Source of the DNA: Macrostomum lignano
Lineage: Eukaryota
Reading direction: 5' to 3'
NCBI GenBank assembly: GCA_002269645.1
Contig: NIVC01001159.1
Coordinates: forward strand, 361,414 to 425,413
DNA length: 64,000 bases
The position numbers were made by a program, and so were the translations under genes. Positions 55,706-64,000 of the stretch are shown here, in pieces. Within the stretch, counting starts at the first letter, position 1. Every line of letters begins with the position of its first letter. The notes beneath the pieces were generated by a model. It made no database searches. It saw nothing but the letters and a program-made list of their open reading frames with translations, and was not told the origin of the DNA.

Positions 55706-57564
55706 CCTTTAGATCTCAGTTGAGGTCCTTCGCTTTAAATGGAATCACAATGTTTAAATCCCCAAGCCTAATACTGCCTGTACAGTGAAATGTTTGCCTT
55801 CAGTTTCAAATTAAAATGTACTTTCTTAGAAACCTGCAGCTGCACGTGGTCGAATGCTGTCACATTTTTATTGCAATCTTATAGATACCTTTTACAGTAA
55901 TTTTAGACACATTCTGCGTACATAATTGCAAAGTTACCGCATAGCAAAGCCCTTTACAATAGCATATTTTGCGCACTTTTTGACTCTCTGAATGAAGCAA
56001 GCAGCTTAAACCCTTTGAGCACTGCTCTGTCTTACTCAACAAGCTCCCTCTACAGTATAAACAGTGTGCCTACTGTCATTAAAATTATAGTATAAATATA
56101 TATAACCCCTTTTTTCACACTCATTTCGTCAATTCGTCTGTCATTTTGCGAGCTGTCACATATTAAGGCTCACTTGAGAAAAGAAGGGCACAGCGCCAGT
56201 AACTTTTACTGCTTGCTTTTTCTTATTGCCTGACTAGAGCCACTCCTGGCCCCACTTCTGCTGACTGCATAAGTGGCTTTGGCAGCTCAGCCTTCCTTAA
56301 GCCGCCACCTTAGAGACAGATCCCTATACTCACTTGGGCAACTTGGCAACACTGTCAAATTCGCGGCGGTGAAAAACAGTGACTGGGGGGGGGGGGGTTG
56401 CAACCCCCCACCGTGCTCAGCGAGCAACTCCGGGGTCCCATTGTGGACTAAGGAAAGAATGGGAAGAGAAGTATATTATAAAAAGAGATTCCTGGACCCT
56501 CACTAAAGCATGCATACAAAAAATCTGCCTCGACAACGCGCGATCCCTCAAGGACCCTCTCTACACCTGGCCGCGGACCCGGGCGCACCGATGGCGCACC
56601 CACTCCAGATTGGAGTGGCCCCGCCCGCATTCTAGGCGAGCGCCAGAGCGCCGGAGAGAGCCGACTGACTCACGCGCCGGAGTCGCAACGTCTGCCGGCT
56701 TCGCTCCGCGTCTCCGCGGGTCTATTTTTAGCTTCTCGTTTTGGAACGCGGCAGCGAGAGGAGGGGAGAAGAGGAAGAGAAGGTGTGAAAATGGTGAATT
56801 AAAGCCGCGCCACCCCCCTCCTCAAAGTTTAATCGGTGAATGAATAGCTGGAAACTTTGAGAGCCAAATATTGAGGAAGTCTCGGCCATCAGGCCAGGTG
56901 CGGCTCCTTCATACAGTCCAGCTTCCTTTTATTAATTGGCATCCTGCATCCTGCATCCGCATAGCTGAGTGGCTGGTTCTTTGACACCTTGAGCGCACAG
57001 GCCTGCAGTTAAATGCAATTTGTTCCCCAATATGCTGCGATGATCTCTGCTCTCTTATAGATCTTGCTCAGCATTGTCACCTTGCTCACATATCTACCTC
57101 TCTATTTCCATCTCACTGAGATATCTACCGCATATCTACCTCTCTATTTCTATCTCTGTTCCCTATCCAAAACGCTGTGACGCTCCGATCTGCATGGGTA
57201 TCAAAAATTCATATTTTTAACGTTTTGCTTTTACTTTATTTTCAGTTGCAGAAACGAACTTGTAGGTCGCAGCCACAGCAGCCCTGGCTGGCATTTTTAA
57301 TGGATTGAAAAATGAGCTCAGCTGGATTAGAAACCAGAATCAATCTCAGGGTTTGAGTGACAGAACAACCAGCCCTGATCAGCCCAGCTGCGGTCCATGA
57401 TTTGCCACGGATTTGCTTTGATTGACGTGCTGCAAACGATTGGCTTGCTTTTGCTGCGCGCAGAAATATTGCAGTCTTTGTTTCAGTGGAAATCTTTGTC
57501 TAAACTCTTGCTGGACTGCAGAATTTAGACAAAGAAGACACCCAGAAGGCTTCAGAACGATGCC

Positions 57565-58575
57565 AAACTCCCAGGAGGCACGATGAGACTCCCTGGAGAG
57601 GCGCCAGTCTCCCGGGAGGCGCCAGACTCCCAGGAGACACCATGAGACTCCCAGGAGACACCATGAGACTCCCAGGAGACACCATGAGACTCCCAGGAGA
57701 CACCATGAGACTCCCAGGAGACACCATGAGACTCCCAGGAGACACCATGAGACTCCCAGGAGACACCATGAGACTCCCAGGAGACACCATGAGACTCCCA
57801 GGAGACACCATGAGACTCCCAGGAGACACCATGAGACTCCCAGGAGACACCATGAGACTCCCAGGAGACACCATGAGACTCCCAGGAGACACCATGAGAC
57901 TCCCAGGAGACACCATGAGACTCCCAGGAGACACCATGAGACTCCCAGGAGACACCATGAGACTCCCAGGAGACACCATGAGACTCCCAGGAGACACCAT
58001 GAGACTCCCAGGAGACACCATGAGACTCCCAGGAGACACCATGAGACTCCCAGGAGACACCATGAGACTCCCAGGAGACACCATGAGACTCCCAGGAGAC
58101 ACCATGAGACTCCCAGGAGACACCATGAGACTCCCAGGAGACACCATGAGACTCCCAGGAGACACCATGAGACTCCCAGGAGACACCATGAGACTCCCAG
58201 GAGACACCATGAGACTCCCAGGAGACACCATGAGACTCCCAGGAGGTTCCGGACTCTCCCAGAAGAAGCCATGAGACTCCCAGGAGGCGCCAGACTCCCA
58301 GGAGGCGCCAGACTCCTAGGAGGCGCCAGACTCCTAGGAGGCGCCAGACTCCCAGGGGGTTCCGGACTCTCCCAGAAGAAGCCAGAAGACTCCCAGGAGG
58401 CGCCAGGCTCCCAGGAGGCGCCAGACTCCCAGGGGGTTCCGGACTCTCCCAGAAGAAGCCATGAGACTCCCAGGAGGCGCCAGACTCCCAGGAGGCGCCA
58501 GACTCCCTGGAGGTTCCGGACTCTCCCAGAAGAAGCCAGGAGACTCCCAGGAGGCGCCAGGCTCCCAGGAGGCGG
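57565..58575 (+). repeat. 21-bp perfect array (GACTCCCAGGAGACACCATGA) x ~30 with 18-bp and ~41-bp variant flanking units
   Basis: Direct observation. Confidence 0.97.
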
Positions 58576-59139
58576 GCCAGTGCCCAGCAAAAACAATTTG
58601 CATAATATACCAGCAGCCAGTTATAGAAAGACAAAAAGCAACGATTTTTTCTCACCCGCAAACCAGGGGGAGAGAATCGCCAGCAGTTGTGGGAAGAATG
58701 TCATTAAACTGGAGGCGGCAAATCCCCCTTCAAGCTACGCCTGAAGCTGCTGCAGTCTGCAGTTCCCAAGTCACAAGCGAGCGGTTGGCAACGGGGGCTT
58801 GGCTGGCTGACTGGCCAAGCTGGGCGCTCTGGAGTGGCGCTCCTTGCGGCTCATGAATAAAAATGAATTTCGCTAGCGAGACAACCACCACCCCACACCC
58901 CGCACCAGCTCACCTGCAAAAGCTGACCTGGGAGCCGCCACTCCACCTGCCAGGGGGGGTTGGGCTGCCACTTGGAGGGCCTCTTGAGAGTTCCTACTCT
59001 GCGCTTGCAAATTTTCACACCTTTACTTTTTTGGCTTTCACTAACAATTCACTTCTGTTAGTGCTGCTGCGTTTGCGGCTGTGAAAAAGATTGTCTGCTT
59101 TGTTGCGGTAATGGAAACTATTAGGAGACTTGATTTGAA

Positions 59140-59485
59140 TGAGAGACACAGGGGGGAGGGAGACAGAGAGTGGGAGAAAACCAGAGAGAGTGAGAGGGAA
59201 CCATGGAGAGTGAGAGGGAGACAGAGAGAGTGAGAGGGAGCCAGAGAGGGCGAGAGGAGACAGTATGTGAGCGGGAGCAGGGAGACAGAGAGTGAGAGGA
59301 AGCCAGGGAGAATAGGAGGGAGACAGAGAGGGCGAGAGGAGACAGTATGTGAGCGAGAGCAGGGAGAGTGAGAGGGAGACAAAGAGAGTGAGAGGGAGAC
59401 AGAGAGGGCGAGAGGAGACAGTATGTGAGCGAGAGCAAGGAGAGTGAGAGGGAGACAAAGAGTGTGAGAGCTGGATATTGAGGAT
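59140..59485 (+). repeat. GA-rich low-complexity/degenerate tandem repeat
   Basis: GAGAGTGAGAGGGAGACAGAGAG-type units. Confidence 0.85.
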
Positions 59486-59979
59486 GGAGAGGGGTGCACA
59501 GTAGCCAAGGTTCAGGACCGAAGCTGCAGGACAGGTTTCAGTTCTGTGGAACCCCTGCTGCAGGAGTCAGCTGCAGTTGAAAGCCAGATTTGATGGTACA
59601 AGCAATCAGTAATTAGCACACAATGATAATGGACTAATCTAATTGATGTTGATTGACAGGTTATCAAGCTCTGATTAGGCTTCAATAGAAACAAGAGGTT
59701 GGACAAGTCGGCCTGATTGAGTCTTACACAAAATAGCTGTTAATGCCCGCGCATCCGGGAATGCAAGATGCCCACCATGGCGCAGAGGCAGAAGAAACAC
59801 AATGACTGGCTAATCCAATCATGCTAAAATGCTGCTTCAGCGGCCCTCGAAACTGCCTGGAGCCAACACTATAAGGGCATTGTCAGTGGAGTTGCCCTGA
59901 TATTCATTCTGGTATTTAAATAGAGATCTGTCAGACTTAGGGGAGCAGGGAGAAGGGGGGATACATGGTATGGGGGTGG

Positions 59980-61025
59980 ACAAAGATACTCGTAGAATGG
60001 GAGAGATGGACAAAGATAGAATAGGAGAGATGGACACAAAGATAGAATGGGAGAGATGGACACAAAGATAGAATGGTAGATTGACAAAGATAGAATGGGA
60101 GATTGACAAAGATAGAATGGGAGAGATGGACAAAGATAGAATGGGAGAGATGGACAAAGATAGAATGGGAGAGATGGACAAAGATAGAATGGGAGAGATG
60201 GACAAAGATAGAATAGGAGAGATGGACACAAAGATAGAATGGGAGAGATGGACACAAAGATAGAATGGTAGATTGACAAAGATAGAATGGGAGATTGACA
60301 AAGATAGAATGGGAGAGATGGACAAAGATAGAATGGGAGAGATGGACAAAGATAGAATGGGAGAGATGGACAAAGATAGAATGGGAGAGATGGACAAAGA
60401 TAGAATGGGAGAGATGGACACAAAGATAGAATGGGAGAGATGGACACAAAGATAGAATGGGAGAGATGGACAAAGATAGAATGGTAGATTGACAAAGATA
60501 GAATGGGAGATTGACAAAGATAGAATGGGAGATGGACAAAGATAGAATGGGAGAGATGGACAAAGATAGAATGGGAGAGATGGACACAAAGATAGAATGG
60601 GAGAGATGGACACAAAGATAGAATGGGAGAGATGGACAAAGATAGAATGGTAGATTGACAAAGATAGAATGGGAGATTGACAAAGATAGAATGGGAGAGA
60701 TGGACAAAGATAGAATGGGAGATTGACAAAGATAGAATGGGAGAGATGGACAAAGATAGAATGGGAGAGATGGACAAAGATAGAATGGGAGAGATGGACA
60801 CAAAGATAGAATGGGAGAGATGGACACAAAGATAGAATGGGAGAGATGGACAAAGATAGAATGGGAGAGATGGACACAAAGATAGAATGGGAGAGATGGA
60901 CAAAGATAGAATGGGAGAGATGGACAAAGATGGAATGGGAGAGATGGACACAAAGATAGAATGGGAGAGATGGACACAAAGATAGAATGGGAGAGATGGA
61001 CACAAAGATAGAATGGGAGATGCAC
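59980..61025 (+). repeat. ~24-bp purine-rich minisatellite (GATAGAATGGGAGAGATGGACAAA)n with 21/26-bp variants
   Basis: Direct observation. Confidence 0.96.
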
Positions 61026-61899
61026 AAATATCGGAGAGACGGACAAATAAAGACTGGGAGAAGCAGGCAAATTTATAAATCCCCGCTGGCAACCAGTCTC
61101 AATAATGCACAGCATCAGCTCATCAGGAATCGATTTATTCATATTTCTACGATACGGACAAATATTGAGTCTCCCTTGCAGTTCATCGCATCTTTATACT
61201 CAATTTTGAGCACTCGATTCAGGCGCATGTATGTACGGTTTTCGCCCCATGAAGATTCTCCTCGACACAATTCTCGTCTATTCGAGTTGGTTCTGCAGGG
61301 CCCACAGGCCGGGTGGTCACTGGTGCATTATATAAAATTGAGGGCCTGTGTGGCGCAGTGAGTAATACTGCAGGCCTGAGCTGGGGAATATGAGCCGGGA
61401 ATGGGGGGAGGCCAAGTGGAGCGACGGGGCTGTTGAGAAGATCAAGAGTTATTGGGCTGCCGGATCTCCCCCTGTCTCTCAAACAAAGTTCGGCTGAGCT
61501 GATTGAGTCGGCCCTGCGCTCCGTGCTCAAGAGTGCTCAGATAGGGGGGGGGGATACCCAGCCGCCAGCTCAATAATGAGAGATTCTCTAGCCTACAGGA
61601 CCCAGACTCAGCAGGCTTCGTTCGTGCTTTATTTAATGCCTCTTAAATTAAAGAAGATATACATGTACAAGCGCAGTGATTGAAGCGGGGTTACAGTGGC
61701 CGAGTGGATAATGCGTCAGACTGTCGCGTTGAAGTTCGGGGGTTCGAATCCGCAATTGATTTGGGATTCTAAAAACTTGGCAGGGTTTGATAACAGACAC
61801 GGAAATGCAGATTTCTAAGCCGTCATCAGCTAGAATTGGGTAGAAAATGGCAAAGCAGTTTGCACGTTTAACAAGTATATTAAATTGCTAGTTAATTTC

Positions 61900-62158
61900 T
61901 GCTTTTTAATTTCTGCGCGGATACGTACGCAGGCACACACTCACACAGGAGTGTACAGCGGCCCGAACTTTATTTATCGTTAGGCATGTGCACTTCACTG
62001 CGCCTTGGGGGGGGGGGGGTTGGCTCTCAAGGCCGTTAATTGCACGAGCAGAGCCAAGCCGAGATTCCAATTCAGCCCCAAATTAATGTGACCACTTAGA
62101 ATCGAGCCTGGGTCGCTGGCACACCAGAGCAGCTGCGCTACCGCTGGGCTACGGCCCC
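61900..62158 (-). mobile_element. tRNA-derived SINE family A, copy with intact head
   Basis: Minus strand GGGGCCGTAGCCCAGCGGTAGCG..GCGACCCAGGCTCGATTCT has A-box-like and B-box-like motifs; body shared with the 13225 and 23400 copies. Confidence 0.6.
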
Positions 62159-62799
62159 CTTTGCTTAAGTAGGTTACATTCTTCTCCTAATTCATCCTTG
62201 GGTAAATTATGAAATATCTGACGGGTTTGGCGGTTGGACGGTCTTCTGCATAAAAAACTGGAAATGCAATAAAATATTTCAGATAATTTTGACGCTACCC
62301 TGGCCCCTACGAACTAATTAGGATCAGGGCCACCACCATTATCCGATTAGATAATTCCAGCCGATAATAAAGTCTAAAACGAACAATAGAGAGCCAGGTA
62401 TCGATATGGTGGATTGAAAAAACCAATACAACTTTTTTCCAGAATTATCAATACCCACTTGACAGACAGACAGCTGAGGGAACAGCTCTGCAGTCGGCAT
62501 TGGGCACAAAAAAGCCGAGCTCATTTCAATTAAATTCACTGTCATTGCACAAATGAATGAATTCCCGCATGAATTCTGGTTGGACCAAAAACTGCATTTT
62601 TACCTTAGCTATCTCATGTATACAAAAGTGTTATGTATAACTATTAGCATTCTTTGAGAGACAATAGAAACAGACAGGTTACGGCCATAGACAAGAACAG
62701 GCCTCTCTCTCGCCTACCCGCCTTTAATAATTTAGCTAAGCCCATGGAATTGATTTGTGTGCTCACTGCGCCGCACAGTTGGTTGGGGAAAGAGGGTGA

Positions 62800-63520
62800 G
62801 ACAGTGGAGTGAGATGAACTGGGAATAGGGGTGAGACAGTGGTGAGATGAACTGGGAATAGGGGTGAGACAGTGGAGTGAGATGAACTGGGAATAGGGGT
62901 GAGACAGTGGTGAGATGAACTGGGAATAGGGGTGAGACAGTGGAGTGAGATGAACTGGGAATAGGGGTGAGACAGTGGTGAGATGAACTGGGAATAGGGG
63001 TGAGACAGTGGTGAGATGAACTGGGAATAGGGGTGAGACAGTGGAGTGAGATGAACTGGGAATAGGGGTGAGACAGTGGTGAGATGAACTGGGAATAGGG
63101 GTGAGACAGTGGGGGGAGATGAACTGGGAATAGGGGTGAGACAGTGGTGAGATGAACTGGGAATAGGGGTGAGACAGTGGTGAGATGAACTGGGAATAGG
63201 GGTGAGACAGTGGAGTGAGATGAACTGGGAATAGGGGTGAGACAGTGGTGAGATGAACTGGGAATAGGGGTGAGACAGTGGAGTGAGATGAACTGGGAAT
63301 AGGGGTGAGACAGTGGTGAGATGAACTGGGAATAGGGGTGAGACAGTGGTGAGATGAACTGGGAATAGGGGTGAGACAGTGGTGAGATGAACTGGGAATA
63401 GGGGTGAGACAGTGGTGAGATGAACTGGGAATAGGGGTGAGACAGTGGTGAGATGAACTGGGAATAGGGGTGAGACAGTGGTGAGATGAACTGGGAATAG
63501 GGGTGAGAGTGGGGTGAGAT
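62800..63520 (+). repeat. 33/35-bp minisatellite (GAGATGAACTGGGAATAGGGGTGAGACAGTGG[GA]T) x ~21
   Basis: Direct observation; two alternating length variants. Confidence 0.96.
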
Positions 63521-64000
63521 AACTGTAAATATGGCTAAGAGATGAGCAGATGGTTAGAAGGAAATCCAGTAGAAACTGCCGATATGCATCGTAGAAGCCG
63601 TATCGAAGCAGTAAAATAGCGGAACAAAAAAGCCAGTCCCAATTATTCCAACAGTCGCCGGTGTCTCTGCTAAAGAATTAATTTTCCCTCCGTGTGGTTT
63701 TCGTTTTGCCAGCAGGCAGCTGGGAGGGGTGGTGGCAGCGGCACAATGCCTGCTAGACACAATTTGAGAGCTGAGCACACACACACGTATATATACATAT
63801 TGGAATCCAGGCTCTCACTACTCAATACTCAACTCAACAATGTCGCCTCGAGTAGGGCGCGAGTGGCACTTGAGTTCACGGGGAACCACCTGGGCGCAGT
63901 TTTGAGCACAGGAGTGAACTGGCTCAGACTCTGGAGAGCGGCATCAGAATAGCTAAGGAGGCCTGGGGTGAATATATTTATACAGAGCAGTGAGTCTGCT

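Noticed and set aside
61697-61755. tRNA gene (A-box TGGCCGAGTGG, B-box GGTTCGAATCC)
   Set aside because: No acceptor stem or proper cloverleaf; at most an isolated SINE head or tRNA pseudogene fragment.

Overview
Eukaryotic (invertebrate, probably flatworm) genomic DNA. Very high minisatellite density, short GT-AG introns and GC-rich exons resemble Macrostomum lignano, but that assignment is an inference. Four host genes can be built with frame-consistent splice junctions: (1) a secreted PAN/Apple-like + fibrinogen-C (FReD) protein at 10412-11606 (+), with a truncated two-exon paralog at 18482-18882; (2) a PHRF1-like RING-RING-PHD-SRI protein at 28097-36852 (+, 7 exons); (3) an intronless class A peptide-type GPCR at 39630-41072 (-); (4) an Nkx2.1/scarecrow NK2 homeobox gene at 50252-54998 (+, 3 exons, apparent 1-nt frameshift in exon 3). 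Mobile DNA includes a degenerate Polinton/adintovirus-type minor capsid remnant, a Ginger1-like integrase transposon with CCGG TSD, a probable non-autonomous Helitron, two MITEs with 9-bp TSDs and tRNA-derived SINEs. About 25 tandem arrays account for most long ORFs in the ORF track, and these are not real proteins. The most unusual observations are an 8-fold tandem amplification of the Nkx2.1 exon-2 splice acceptor, a MITE carrying the 28S rRNA segment that spans the R2/Pokey target site, TF-motif-bearing minisatellites around the homeobox gene, and recurrent 21-bp periodicity among unrelated arrays. All protein-family calls are by motif recognition only; no database search was run.
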